A stretch of 64,000 nt of DNA. It comes from Bugula neritina (Eukaryota; Animalia; Bryozoa). The stretch is from contig OZ037767.1 of NCBI GenBank assembly GCA_964035545.1, forward strand, positions 6,402,707-6,466,706, given 5' to 3'. The position numbers and the translations under genes are program-made. Every line of letters begins with the position of its first letter. Position 1 is the first letter of the stretch. The notes below the pieces were generated by a model. The model searched no databases, was not told where the DNA came from, and worked only from the letters and a program-made list of their open reading frames with translations. Positions 34,601 through 49,600 of this stretch are shown piece by piece.

Positions 34601-37600
34601 TGTCAACTCATTCAGCTGACACTCCTGACTCTCTTCAACTAGTTGAGAACACTTCTCATCTAGACACTCCCTTGTCCTGTAATCAGTTCAGGAAATACAT
34701 GTGAATAGTACTTCTAGTTAAGAATGCAAACTATGTGAGCTATGATGTCTTAGTGTGCTTTTATTTCAAATTTGCATTATACTTCTGCAGGACTATATTT
34801 TATAATAATATTCAACCTGCATCTTGCTACTGTAGGACTATATTCTATGAAACTATTCAACCTGCATCATATTACTGCAGGATTATGTTATATGAAACTA
34901 TTTTATCACACAGACATTAGTATCTCCTGCTGTAACTTGCTAGTGCAAAGAATATACTTCTACAAGTTTGCACTTGAATAACACAGACATTTCTCTCACT
35001 TGTTAACCTCACAAACTCCCTCTCCAGACACACTGTCATCCTATGTAGACATATTACTTCAGATCCCTAGAGCATGACACTGGAATATACCTGTTAGTAG
35101 ATGTCACTTATAATAATAACAACACACAGACACTAATCACTCACCTGCTACTGTGTGACACTCCACATGGACACTGAGTCCAATCTGACCAATCAGAGTA
35201 ACACCCTGGATCATTGCAATCCTTATACTCTGCTGAAGGCTCTTCACATATTGGGTTGATTATACTTATTCCAGATGGATTGGAAGGGAATAGACAGTCT
35301 AGAAACCTCCTATTCTGTTGACAGTTACATTTCTCCCAATCATTCCATTCTAGTGAATAATAAGGGCAGTGTTCTCCACATTCCTTCTCTGATATACACC
35401 AGGCTAAGTAAAGAATATATAATGCATTATAAGATACACAAGGCTAAGTGAAACCTATCATATAATGCACAACAATCTAGAAAAGTCTAAGTAAATAAAT
35501 TATATTACAATGTATATTTTAATATACGCTAGGCTGAGTAATTAATTTATTTAATGTATTATAACATATACCAGGGTAAGAAAATGCATATCTTTACAAT
35601 ATAATTCATGTGGCAACAACTAGAAATAAAAAAACTGATATTTAAGCTGTTATAACAAAACTTGTATGTCAAAGATATTAAAATTAAGTCATATAATGCA
35701 ATGAATATTTATAAAAGACTTTTAAGGATATAATATAATATACACTTAAGAGAAGTAGTGGAGAAATTGACATAGCCTAAGTTCTTTAATTTTATTATTA
35801 AACTTTGGTTTGGGGCGCAGGCTAAAATTTTTGCAAGAACATGACTTCTTATGCTATATTTATAATCTAGAACACAGACCTTTCTCAATTTCTTCATTAC
35901 TGCACCTACCTAGTATAATATATATTTATACAAGAGTAATAATCAGTATAAAATATTAGCAAGTAGGTAGCAATACATACGGTCATCTGTTACTAAGGAC
36001 TCTGACATTGTCAAATTAATCAGCTTTCCTGGATCAGGTGTAGTTACTTCTTGCATATCTATACATTAAAACAAGACAAACTATGCCATGTATACTGTAA
36101 CATCATTTGTCTCAAGTCTGTTGCTTAACTCAACTATACAGCTAAATAATAAAAGTTGACCTTTTGATTGTTGATATATTTTATCATATTAAAACAGGCC
36201 TGCTTAAACTTTAGAGTCTTTTAAACTGCATGTTTCAATGTTTTCCTTTTAATATTACAACGCAGTTTCAATTGAAATAATTTTGCTGTTACTTATATGC
36301 TCATTTGTAAATTTAAATAATGTTTTTTTTAGAGTTGGATGGTTTTTTGCTCAATAGAGAAAAAAACTGCAGTAGTTCTAATCTTTAACTATTTAATTCA
36401 ATTTTAAAATAAATGCACTGAGAAAAACAAAAACCAAATTTATAAAAAAAATCAATATTCAACCAATAGTTTCATATACACAAAGTGAAGTTTCATAAAA
36501 AGTTAGAGAGAAAAGGCTGTTGATTTAGCAACTAGTCAAGTAAAACTATTTAAACTCTTCCTATACAATATTGAAACTTTGCACACTTTTGCTACCCCAA
36601 GGCTTCTTTGCCAAAACCAGTCTTTCAACATATTACAGCTGGGCACTCTGTGTGAAATAGAATTTAATCAGACCAATAAAATTTTAGTGGGGAGGGGGGC
36701 GGTATAGAAAGCATTAGATAAAAATTAAAAAGCATTCAGAATTTGCAGTATAATCTTAAAGAAAAACACCTAATATACTACTAGTAAAGGCTGTATAAAC
36801 ATACTTGATGTAGTGTTTGAAACACTCTCATTGGTATTTTTGTCTGCATGTGTTGAAGTTGCCATAGTAGTTGGTGTGACTTCTGAAATCTTAGCTGTGC
36901 ATCTACCAACAAAAGAAGCAGTGGGTATTTATAAAACAGCAGCGGTAAAAATCACAAGCTGTTGGAAATGTTTTACGGAATGTTGCTTGCACATTGAGTA
37001 TAAATGTAGCCTAAAATATCAGAACATATTGACATATATGCATGGTACATAAACTGAAATGGATATATAGAAGATTGCATTATAGAATTCTGATAATTCG
37101 TGAAACAACTAGTAGAAAGAGAAGATGTTTTTGATCTAACTAATAGGAATATAGTTAATATCTTATTACAGATATACATGCTGTACAGCTTTTTGTGAGT
37201 TTATTAACCTTTCCATAAACATGCATTTTAACATAAACTATAGTTTGACTTTGAATCAAATAAGATAATAAACTTGCACACAGCAAAGCTAGAAATTTCA
37301 ATATACCTCAAACCAAACAAGAAACAGAGTTGCAAGAAACATATTTGTACTCTGAGTGCACAATATTAAAGGTGAACAAAGCCAGCCTAAATATGCGTGA
37401 CACCTCAGTTTAAGTATGAGTCAGCATCTTTAGTAAGCACCCACCTGTTTCGCTGCTGTTTTCCACTGCTACAGTCACATGACCCCCATTCAGACCAGAT
37501 GTAGCCACATGAGCATTCAGTAGTCACAGTCTGGTTTGTAGTACAGACTTCACTTCCCATGTAGTCAGTTGTATAGTCAAACACAACAGGGAGTACACAA

Positions 37601-40600
37601 CTCCTAGTTCTAGTGTATGTACCATTCTCATTACCTATACCACAAGGTGCACATGCACTCCAGCTCTCCCAGGCTGAGTATCTACGACAGAATGAGTATG
37701 AAGAACTGCTAAAGGAATTACTCATTCTATAAATATACAATAAAAATTAAAACTCAACTTATTTGTAATATCAAATATTTGTTAATTTCTCCATTGTTAT
37801 GGTGAAAAATAAAATGATTTGGGTGAATTTTAACTTTGGTTATTTGGTACATTTTGTAACTCAGAAGCAAGTATAATTAGGTAAAGTAGTATATATTAAA
37901 ATCATAAGGCAATGTAACAGTTGCAAAAGGTTGCTTAAAATGTTTCATCAACATGCTAAAAGTTACATTACAAGTTTTTGAAGTATGATTTGCTATCTAT
38001 TCAGTCAAGTGGTGCACCATATCACACCTGGAGGGCACAAGGCTCTGCTGATTTGCATCTAAGAATTGGATAAAAAGTAATACAATACTAGAAACAACAC
38101 GTGATTCAGTGTGCAGTGAAACTACCAAGACTAAAGCAGTTACACTTTCAGTGGGTGAATATACAACGCCGCAGAATGTCACAGAGTTTTAATGATTCTT
38201 CAAAACCTGTAACTTTCTACTTACTGACTGCATTTGCTTTTACAAACATATGGGTTCACATTATTCTTTGAACAGACTCCTTCAATAGGTCTGGGATGGT
38301 GGTAATGACATTCTTCACCAATTCTCCCATACCCTGAGTGACAGTCACACTGATCTACTTTCACTATCTCTGGACATTTACAGGTCTCGTTTGAGGTGGT
38401 CGACTCAATTTCCCCAACTTCACCTACAAACATCAACAGAAGTAAGACATTTTACTTGATACAACAATAATTAATGCTAAATATAATATTGAAATTGTCA
38501 CCTTTTATTTGTTGAAAGAAAATTTTTATATAATTTACTGATGCTTATTGCCTTCTCGTATTGCTTTTATAATAAAATTTCATCCATTGAAGATATTTTA
38601 CTCTGCAGAATTTTCTGTTATTATTGCTTATGAGCAAAATGAGTTACCATACAAAAGCAAAAAAATAATTTGTGATTGTCGGTATAAATGCACAGATAAA
38701 TATCCAACTAGAAGTTACCATTATGTTATACACCCACAGATACACACTAAACAGTACTTACAGATATATGGACCCTCTAAGATGTAGTCCTGACCCTCCC
38801 CTTCAACACAAGTCTTGGCATACTGAAGAACAGTTTTCTTTCCACAGAAACAGTAGTCTGTAGTGCTAGACCAATGGGGACAGGCAGCAAAGCAGCTGCC
38901 CTCCTGCAGCAATAGTGAGAAGAAATAGAGATAGCCGTTGTAATTGTGTCATTTCTTAGACACATTTGGAAACTAAGAAAACTTAAGAGAATGTATTTTT
39001 GGTGTAAACACTGCTTGTCTCTTCACCATGTTGTGACAATTATTATTTTACTCATTTGGGCTTATCTATTAAAAAAGATGTTTAATTGTCGCTAGTTTGG
39101 GTTTATATTAACCATAGCAATAAATTTAGTAAGAAACTATGCACTGTGTATCTGAGCTTAGCTTACAATGATAAACTACAAAACCCAGATGTTATGAATA
39201 TTCAGCACCGTAAGTATATAGTACCTTAAATATACAGCTTTATTAACTGTAACATTCTCACTAGCTAAAACGGTAACAAAACAAAACTTTTCATCTTTTA
39301 AACAAAATAGATAATTTAATTTTTTGAGAATTTAGATATTAGGATATATTATTAAACTCACCAATACTTCTCTCTTTTCACCCTCAACGCTATAGATCCT
39401 CCCATCTAGACAACTGCAACTGATGTAGATTTCAGGTCTAGTAGTGGTACTAGTACTTGTACTTTCTGTACTAGTACTTTCTGTAGTGGTACTTGATGTG
39501 GTTGTAGTTGTGGTGGTTGTGGTTGTATTTGGAATAGTTGTGGTGGTTGTGGTTGTATTTGGTGTAGTTGTGGTGGTTGTGGTTTTATTTGGTGTAGCTG
39601 TGGTGGTTGTGGTTGTATTTGGTGTAGTTGTGGTATTTGCTGCTATAGCTGGTGTGGTTTTATTTGGTGTGGTTGTAGATGATGTAGTTGTGGTGGTTGT
39701 AATTGGTGTGGTTGTAGTTGTTGTGGTTGATGTAGTGGTTGTTGAGGATGTTGTAGAAGGGGCAGATGATCCGTTAATATGATGAGGTGACAGTGTTTCA
39801 GCTGATGAGTTTGTAATGGTGACTGAATCACCTTTGAATGTGGTGGCAGTAGTAGTGGTGGTAGTAGTGGTAGGGGTGGTGGTAGTAGTGGTAGAGGTGG
39901 TGGTAGTAGTGGTAGAGGTGGTGGTAGTTGTACTCAAACATCCATCAAGCCTCTCCCACTCAACATAGTCTGAACACCAGCTAAACGCAAACAAATTAAA
40001 GATTAGTTTCTACGTATATCAAACGTGTGATCAAAAATGGAAGTAAACTTTCACTGCATTTCCATTACTTCGCATTTTGCTTCACGATGAATTTGTGGTT
40101 GCGGTTTCATTTGAGTCAGCTGTTTCCAGACATCAAATAAAAAATACATTGGCATAATGTGAAGCATGAAAACGTAGTACTTATCCAAACAAACTCTAAT
40201 TAAACAATGATATATATCTAATATCTAATAATTGTATTGTATTCTTTATGAGAGTGTGAAAAGTTATACGATGTTTATGAAACAGAAGTATTGTGGGCGT
40301 GGCCAGGTTAGTGCGAGAACCAACCTGTTGCATACATCCTCCCATCTAGGAGTCGTCTCCACGCCAGTCTGTTAAAAAACAAACATAAAATCAGCAATTG
40401 TCAAAGAAGATATAAAAATCAAGTTATAGGAACATCAGCAATACTGATATCATTTTTATTGTAAATAAACATGCAAATAAAACCATTATAACAAAATGAA
40501 AGAATAGACTTTGGTTTGTCAGAATTGCTGAATCCTAACACAATCACTACATGCTGTATAGTTAGTAGTCCTTACTTTTTACTATTATTTGTTTTAAAAA

Positions 40601-43600
40601 ATATCATTAGTCTGTTAGGCCGATACTTAAAAACCAACTGAAGCACATAGGACTTTTGTTACTATAAATAATACCTATTTTACTTTATTAGTTAATTGTT
40701 TTAGACATAAAATGCATGTTATTATAATAAAGGGTAAAAAACCATTAGTCCATTATACATTTTGATACGTAGGATTTGGCTTTTAAGGAAGCAGGTACAA
40801 TGTTGTATGCAGGATTTGCCCTACCTTTACTTGTGAGAAAAGAGATGCAGTCAATAAATGAAGTATAGACAAAAGTATTGGAAACTACTGTACGTCTATT
40901 CTTTCAATTTCATAAGAGCAATTGATATTATGTCAAAGCACTAGGACTAAACTAGATGGAGAGAATAACAGATGATTCTACACGTTGATAAAACTTACAT
41001 AATTCTGCCAAGTGCCCGTTCTATTAGAATGCACCTCCCCAGATGAGCAGTTCACTCGGTAAGAGATGTGAAGACATTCAATGTCACAGTCAGCTTCATT
41101 CATACAGTAGGAGTTGTGTAACTGATAGCCAGGGGTTGAAAGAGGAAAATGGGAGCTTTTGCAGACTCTATGATGGTTCAGACACAAACACAAACTTCTT
41201 TCAACAAAGTAAACTATGAAAGTGAGAGACTATAATAGTAAAAAGTAAGTCTTACATCCTTTTTAATATTATTTTATCACAAATTTATATAAAAAAATGC
41301 CCAAATTATTATATTTACGAATGGACATTGATTAAAGGTATAAACTGATTTCAATATTCACGTAATGTTTTAAAGAAAATCACACCTGGTTTGTGTAGCA
41401 ACCCCAGTGTTACAGCACGGCAGCAGCTCTATTACAGGACATAGTTGTGCACAAACCATGTCGTCAACAAACTCAGTTACATTGGAAAAACTGCTGCCAT
41501 TACAAGAAGAATTTATATACAATAACTGTGTGCCTTCATAAGTAGGGACCTGGCAGTTGTAGTATTCAGTCTACAATAAATACATAACTTTATAAATCCT
41601 AAAATTTCTACAGTGACAAATAGCACATAAATAAAAAGAAATATAGAAACAAGTATTAATACACAAATGAAGTAAATGAGTAAAGAGTTTTAGAAAAGAT
41701 TGAGAATTGAACAGACATACCTGATTTCTGTTGAAGCAATCGCATAATGTCTTGTCATACTGAAAATATGGGCATTCAAATTGCCAACTGCAAGACAATG
41801 TTGACGTTACTAAATTTGTGGTACCAGGATTGCATTCATTTTGCACATTGCTGGGAGGCTACAAGAAACCACCAGGGTAAGCTGACTGCCATTGGATGAT
41901 TCAGAATTCTGATAATGCTACTACTTCATATGACAGTAATGCTACCATTTGCTTTCTAATGAAATTTCTCAAGACTTTTTACATACTATATAATGTTCAA
42001 GTAATAACGGTTTATGATAATGCAGGCAATATGGAAGGATTCAAATAAAGCTATAGCAAAAGTACACTCATTTCTTAAATCTGAGATTTTCGAAATTATA
42101 ATATAATTAATAGTAATAGGAACCTGAAAAACTAAGCTTTTTACTCTAAAGCTCTGGGCTAATAACGAAATCAGTCAGGTGGAACCTGAAAGCCCTTTAG
42201 CATGATGCCACATTAAGTAGATTTCTCTTGACCACTGTTTAATTTTTAGTGATATAGTTTATATTTTACTTTCCAAGCAGTAGAAAGCAAGAATGCTTTC
42301 AACAGATGCTGTAAGGTAGCTATAGAAACAAAAGTGCTGTAGACGAGCAGTAAAGTTTAATGAAAAGTTCATTGGCTATTTCCGCTCCTGCTGACAATGC
42401 CTTGTGTAGCAGGTAACTGAGACAGCTGATATCTGTCTAATGTGGCTTACTATCAAAACACCCGAGAAACAATGCATTTAATAAATATAATATGAAACAG
42501 CAGACAATGTAAAGTGGCAGCTGAGGAGTACATTACATAATAAGCAGCAGAACAGGTGTCTGATATGGTCAGGGCATCTGTGTAGCAGTTACAGCTCGTC
42601 TGATTGGACCGTACCCAGTGAGAGCACAAATCAGCACAGGTGAATTCTTGAAGGCCAAACAGTGGGTCAGATACATGCTCATAGAACCTTATGGTACACG
42701 AACATGATCGTGAATAAAACCCCTGAAAGTATTGAAAATTGATTACAGCAAAGGCATACATAAAAAGGTTTAAGATTGAGGAGAAGAACTTTGTTGAATT
42801 ATCAATTGATGACTATTCAAACTACATAATAGCTTCAGCTTCAGGAAAATTTACTAATTCAGGCAAAGGCTTTGCTAAATTTAGATAATGAAGTGAGAAA
42901 ATTTAGCTAGCAAATCGTAACTGAGTTACAGCTTTAACTCAAAAGTTCTTTTTGATATAACAAGCAGGGGAGGGTGGGGCTAAATGAACCAAAAATTGCG
43001 TTTTGCCAATCTAAAGACTAGCACCATCTAATTCAATCATATGTTGCTGTCTTTGTCCAATAAAACTAAATGCATAAATATTCTACTCGCTAAGATTGAG
43101 CCATTTATTCCACTGTAAGTTTTTTGGCACAACGCGTAGGGGGCAAGTTGAATCGCCCTGTGTGAAGGTTGAACCAGTGCCATTTATTCTATAATATAAA
43201 TTGTTTTAACTATAATTTGTAGGCTGAAAAACAATTTATTGAAGATTAGCAATAAAAAAACATAAAGAAAATAAAAGTACATTAGCATAAACAAGTGATC
43301 AGTCATTGTAACCATTTAGCATCTCAAAGATAGGTGATACAGAAAATGCTTCAAAACCAAAGCAGTAGTAGCAAACTGGTAAGAGAGCTTTCAAATGTTT
43401 TTTTTTTCTTGTAATTCATCTTTAAACAAGTTATAGATATGAAGTAAGGTCCTCTTATATATGGTATGGTTGAGCATAACCAACTTCTTAGAGGGCTGTT
43501 TGAAGGCTCTCAACCTAACCCCAGATGATTTAAGCTACTGCCTTGCATTACCATATTCATTGCTGTAGTTAAACTTTCCTAATCTGTTTTCCTGTTTGTT

Positions 43601-46600
43601 TTCAAGATAAAATTTTGCACTATTCTGAAAATATTTGCAAAATAATTTAAATACACTGTTGGCCTACATTTTTATTTTGTCTAGGACTAAATGGATGTTT
43701 GTATTTATAGTATTTACTATTTGAATTTTTGTGTGCATTGAGCAATCCTCAGAAAAAACTTTTTGTCAAAATGATTTATGTAAATAAAAAACAATATTGT
43801 GAGAATCATTGAATGAATGTATAAAATTATGCAACTAGGGGGCAGCCATGGCCTAGGGGTTAAAGCGATGGCTTAGAAAGTAGACATGAGAACATGGGTT
43901 CCATTCTGGTAAAAGCCATCGGTGATGTTAGGAGGAGCATCCAGTCATAATTGCTCCTGAGCCACATATGGATTATCCATTAGCCACATTTATTTTATAT
44001 GAGCCAAGAAATAAAAATATTGGTTCATTGATAATCATTATTGCTTTCTGTACACATCTATATAAAATTCTTTTTACTATTGTAGATAAATGCTTTCTTA
44101 ATGCTACTATTAATCCAAAATAATATAAACCTAGATGCATAATATCTATTTTATAGAAAAGACAACTTTTCAAAATAAATTCCATGATAGAGCTACCTGG
44201 CTTGACGTGGGGTACAAAGAATATAATATAAAAACTGCGCCTTTTCAACAGATTTAGATTTTAGTGTCAGTTCAATTTTAACATATTTAAAGATTGAATT
44301 CAACTTTGTAAAATTAATTTTCACAGGTAATGAGAAAATATAAACAAACTATAAAAGAAACTTGTAACAGAAAACGACATGGAGGGCCAATGAACTATGA
44401 CAAAATATAATTTCTGGTAGGGTTCAAAACACCTGAAAGTTTTTTGGCTTAAAACAATTACTTTGCATAAGAATATTCCAACAACTGTGATAGAGAGACC
44501 ATGTGCATATAAATAATTTATTATTGCATTTTACTGTAAAAAGATGTCGCATATTTCAGTTAAAGTATTACATAAACCTGTATAATTATTGAGCTTACAT
44601 TTTCAGAAGGGACAAATCCTGGTTCAGTAATCCTAGTCCAATGATGAACACCGTCGCAGTCACAATGATCCAGACAATCTGTTTGTCGGAGAGTTGTCTC
44701 GCCAGAGAGAGACACAGTAGGAAAATTAGAAACACGGTCTGGTGAGTAGCGAAATACTATGGCTATGTACGAGCTACAGGTGTCACATGGTCCTACAGTA
44801 TGAGGACTCAAAGAAATAACATGTAGGATAGCAAGTGCTAATCTGCAAGTCGTAAATTACTTGTCAAGCGCAAAGAAGAAAAACCAAAAATGCATATTTT
44901 CTGTTGAGTACTAAATATAAATCAGCTAGAGAACTAAACCATCGACAACAGTAACGCTATGGCTATGCTAGTGTTTCTTTAGCAAGCTAAATCAAAAAGC
45001 ATATCATATATAGTAAAAGTTATACTTTAATTTGCAGTTCACTTTATTTTATATTATTATGTGAAGAAACTTTTAAATAATTCTAAAATACTTTTAATAT
45101 AAACAAGTTTTTAAGTTGTTGCTGTTCGTAAACATTTAAAGTAGCACCAACGAAACTCAAAAATCTAAAGTAGTTTGAGTAATATAGACTCGATGCCCAG
45201 TACTACCTAGCCACACAGTTGCTAGTTGTCTGTAGAGAACATAGTAGCATAGCATTTTAAAGTGCCAATTTACTTTCTGTTTTCATTCATGGTACTTATT
45301 ATTAGTGTACACAATATCAATATAAAATATTGATAACTAGAATGGGCAGTTTCTAAGAGGAACAAATCCTAAATAGAAATTTCCCAGCAGTAAAAAAAAT
45401 TTAGAGCTATAAAAATGCAGATGTTTCACTAACACAAGTTGTAAAAACTCTAGAAACTGTCAAATAATGTTCGAATCATGTAATGCTTTACTAAAAGTAA
45501 AGAAACAAGTTTGAATTTTAGCCCTAGCCATTTGAGAGCTATATAAATATATCTAGTTGCAATGGCTTATGTTTTTCCGGCAAGCACCATCAATAGTCCT
45601 CAAATATGCTTTAGGCAAGTTTTGTCAGGACACACAACTATAGGTAAGACAACTACGTAAGTATATTTGTGTACTTACCAGTGCCACCCGGAACAGATGT
45701 AGGAGTTTCAGGTTCATCTATATCAAGTAGCCTCCAACAGTGGACGTATGATGAAGAGAAAGTATAAGATGTCTCGCATATTACTTGGTAAAAGTTTAGA
45801 GGAGAATAGGCAATATCAGTCAGCTGCGCCTGAAATTTGCTTGACGAATCATATCGAAGTAATGGAGAATCTATCCAATCAGATAAGACTAACACTGTAG
45901 CGTGATGATTCCCAGAGCAGATACGTGACACTGGATCAGGTTGATGATTCCTTTGGTATGATACAGTATAACCTAAAACATTTATTGTGAATACATTGTT
46001 TCAACTGAAACAGTTAAATGCAGCCATGAAGCTATGTAACAATAGAGGCATTTCCAGAATTGTCTTAAAGTTGGTGTATTCAATATTGTTTCATATTTTT
46101 ACATTGATGGAATTAGTATCATGCTAGTGATTTATTTTAAATGAATTTCACCCCAAAGCATTGTCGGGTAGTTTGTTAATTGCATTGGATAAAAATAGAA
46201 ACATTTTATATTAGCAGATTTTAATGTATTATATTTTAGGAAGTTGAGATAACGAGTTAAGTTACAGCAAACAGCAGTAAATGAGAATAAAAATATTAAA
46301 TTACTCATAGGTGTGGCAACCCCAGATTATCGAAGCAATAGTAAGTTGGCATGTTAATATACTGTATGAGTCACACACTCGTCACATTCAACTATGAACT
46401 GTGACATTAAAAACAAAATATAACATAACAGAGAATTTTTAAACCAATAACAATTGCTTATCTATATTGCATTACAGTTATATAAAGCTACTGTAGGCTG
46501 ATACAGATAAAGTGTAACATACCACCATCAGTTGACATCAAGGCCATGTTGTTTCGCACGTAGACATCGTGTGAACTTGACATTGTTTCATAAGTTTCAT

Positions 46601-49600
46601 CCTTGAAATAATCCGCAACTGGAAAAGATACAAAACTGCTAATAAATCTATGGTTTTAAATGCAATCATATAATATAGTAAAAGTTTTACTTTAATTTGC
46701 AGTTTACTTGAATCTAATATTATTATGGACAATCTTTAAGCAATTCTAAAATATTTTTAATGTAAACAAGTTTATAAGTTGTTACTGTTTGTAGAATATC
46801 TTAAAAGCAATAATTTCAGGAAATTAAAAAGTATACCGATTTACTCAATTGAACTAATTGAGAGTTTATAAATGCGTCAGGTGCTGATACAACTGAATTT
46901 GGTTATCTTCTCATGTAAATTCAGCTGTAGATAAGCAAGTTGTTGAGATATTTCCCAGTGGCTCCTATAGTGTTGGTGTTGTAAGTTAAAAGACTTTGGT
47001 TCAATTCCTGGAGGGAGGGGGCAGTATTTACAGTAAATACTTAGCATTTACAATGAAATACCTACTTAAAGTTGAGAGAAAACCCACAGATAACTCACAT
47101 CTGGGAACTGAGTCTACACACAACGAAGCAGCATGACTCATGAGTATAGGAGGTGTCATCTTGTCATAGAAGAGCATCAGACAGCTCATTTGACCTCTAA
47201 ACCGAAACTCAAATGAGTCGGCAACAAACTGATGAGCTTTCAAGCCAGAGAATGCTTGCCCATAATACATCTGGTCACCTGTTCCATTCCACACACTGAA
47301 ACACAAATCAACAGACCCTGTTCAGAGCTCCCTGATGTCTCCTTCAAAATTAGGAGTTGTGTTCTCCCAAAGTGATTAGGTTGAACCTTTGTATAAAGAG
47401 CAAACTCATTTAAAATTTTAAGTTTGGCTGCTACTTAAAATTTTAATTATGCTAGAATTGTTATTTTAGGAGACATGTACTTTGGTATAAGCACACATAT
47501 TAGTAGTTCAAAAAACTTTTTAAAAATATTACTTTAGAAGATATTTTTGACGGAAATAAACTTGTAAGCATTTTTGTGGTTTTAGTTATTGAGCAATGCT
47601 GATGTGGCACCTCAGCATTGCTCAGCAACCAAAACCACAAAAATGAGTTCAAGTCTATTTTGCTTAACAAATTTCATTTTGGGAGACCACAACCCTTAAT
47701 TGTAAGGGGGGACATTGGGGACCTCTGAAAAGGGTCTATTCGATTTATAATCAAAAGATCATGCTACAGCTTTTTGAGTAAATACTTTGTGAGTAATAAA
47801 AATTACCGAAGTACTGTTTGCTGCTCGTTGGTGGACGCATACACCATATACCAAACATCGGGATCAAGCTCTGGAGTTTTCAGTATCACCGGATTAGAAT
47901 CTTCAGTGACGTTAACTGTCAGCATGTATTTCAGTTTCTACAATAAATTTGTTGGACAATACATATTCACAGTCTAAAGTTGGATTTAAAATCATGTAAA
48001 TTACTGAAACGAATTCGAGTATAATAGCAGAGAAGTCGCTCAATTGTCACATGTGTCTTGTCATTTCTGTTAGGTTGATTTTACAAACATGCTTGAATTT
48101 TTTAATATTTGCTAAAAAATCAATTACTTACCAAATGAGGGTTTATTTTTCATTTCAAATTTCTTGCATCTTTAGATTTAAAAACAGCATAGTTCATAAT
48201 TCAAAACCTTATTAGTCTGGCAGAACTGGGGGTTAGGTTCGCAATCTCCGATAAAGTTTTTTTCTACTTTGATTATTTATCTTGAGGGTCCAGGTAGATG
48301 TTTCCAGGTGGGTGTGGACCTGCCACCCTTGAGCATTTTGAGAAATCCAAGATGGCCGCCAATTATGAAAAAATCGTAATCTAGTTGGCATAAAGTCTAT
48401 ATTATGTTGCAAAAACAAATTTTTTTTTTGATGATTAAAATAGATGTGCATTTTTAGAATGAATATGTGCCATGCCAGTAAAAAGGAATCAAAGTAAATA
48501 GCCAAGAGACATGTTTCTCAGCTCAAAAATCGGAATTGCTTCAATAAAACATCACATATGGTGCAGAGAAATGATACAAGGTTTTTGAATAACTGTTTGG
48601 ACACTGGACAGATATATAAAGAAAAACATTGCTTATTGCCAGTGAATAGAAAGTGAAAAAAAGATACAGATGCAGCATATTGCTCAGCTAAAGTTAAAAT
48701 TGAACATATATATAATCGTACAAATGCGACAAACTTTCACTCATGTTCATATTAAACACCTTTTTCATTTTTTTCTATCATTAGCATTTGTTAGAAATGT
48801 TAGTTCATTGCAGCACACTCCTGTTACTGCTTCACAAGGGCAGAGCTCTGTGCATGGGATAGATGTACTAGTGAAGTAAATTTGTGTCTGACACCAGGTG
48901 TCACTATTGACGGTAAGTAATCTCACTTAACAATGAGGGTCGGAATAGAATTCCCTTGTGCGGAAAACTAATTAAACTATCTAATACTGTTTGTTGCCAA
49001 ATTATTTGCTAATGTGATTTTAATATTTTCCAGTGACTATTGATTTCTGGTGTTCGGTAACAGTGCTGAAGTGTGATAGGGACACGGCTATGGTTCGCCG
49101 ATTTATATCACAGCAACTGTAGTCAGAGACAGTGACAGAAATCTGATTCCTGATGTTCGAATCGCAGAGACTCGACAGGAATTCCGCAACGCAAGAGAGT
49201 CACTACAGTGGAAAAATGATTTCTGGTGTTCGGTAACAGTGCTGGAGCGTGACAGGGACACGGCTATGGTTCGCCGATTTATATCACAGCAGCTGTAGTC
49301 AGAGACAGTGACAGAAATCAGATTCCTGGGATTTGAATCACCGAGATTCAACAGGAATTGCAGCGCAAGTAATCACCATTGACAAACCTATAGAAACTAA
49401 CCACCACTATTGCCAACTCAATAGCAACCTAATCAAAGAGCAGAGTATTTCGCAAAGAATAAAATTTATTATATTTATAAGAGTCAATTATAAACATTAC
49501 AACAGGCAACAGTCGACTGACTGCTACTAAAAATTACAACTCTATTTATATCCATATTACGGACGTCTTGGAGCACAAAACGGACGTCTTGGGGTACAAC

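Noticed and set aside
34998-35095. Possible extra cassette exons in gene B (also ~38028-38058 and ~58040-58120)
   Set aside because: Phases are incompatible or in-frame stops occur, and there is no counterpart in gene A.
48233-48879. Duplicated small ORFs (48233/54533, 48670/54968, 50311/55595, 51644/56113) as a gene family
   Set aside because: They lie within two copies of the same decayed transposon, mostly in TIRs or antisense to the transposase remnants.
49042-49335. Spaced direct repeats as a CRISPR-like array
   Set aside because: Eukaryotic context; only two long units, inside a TE insertion.
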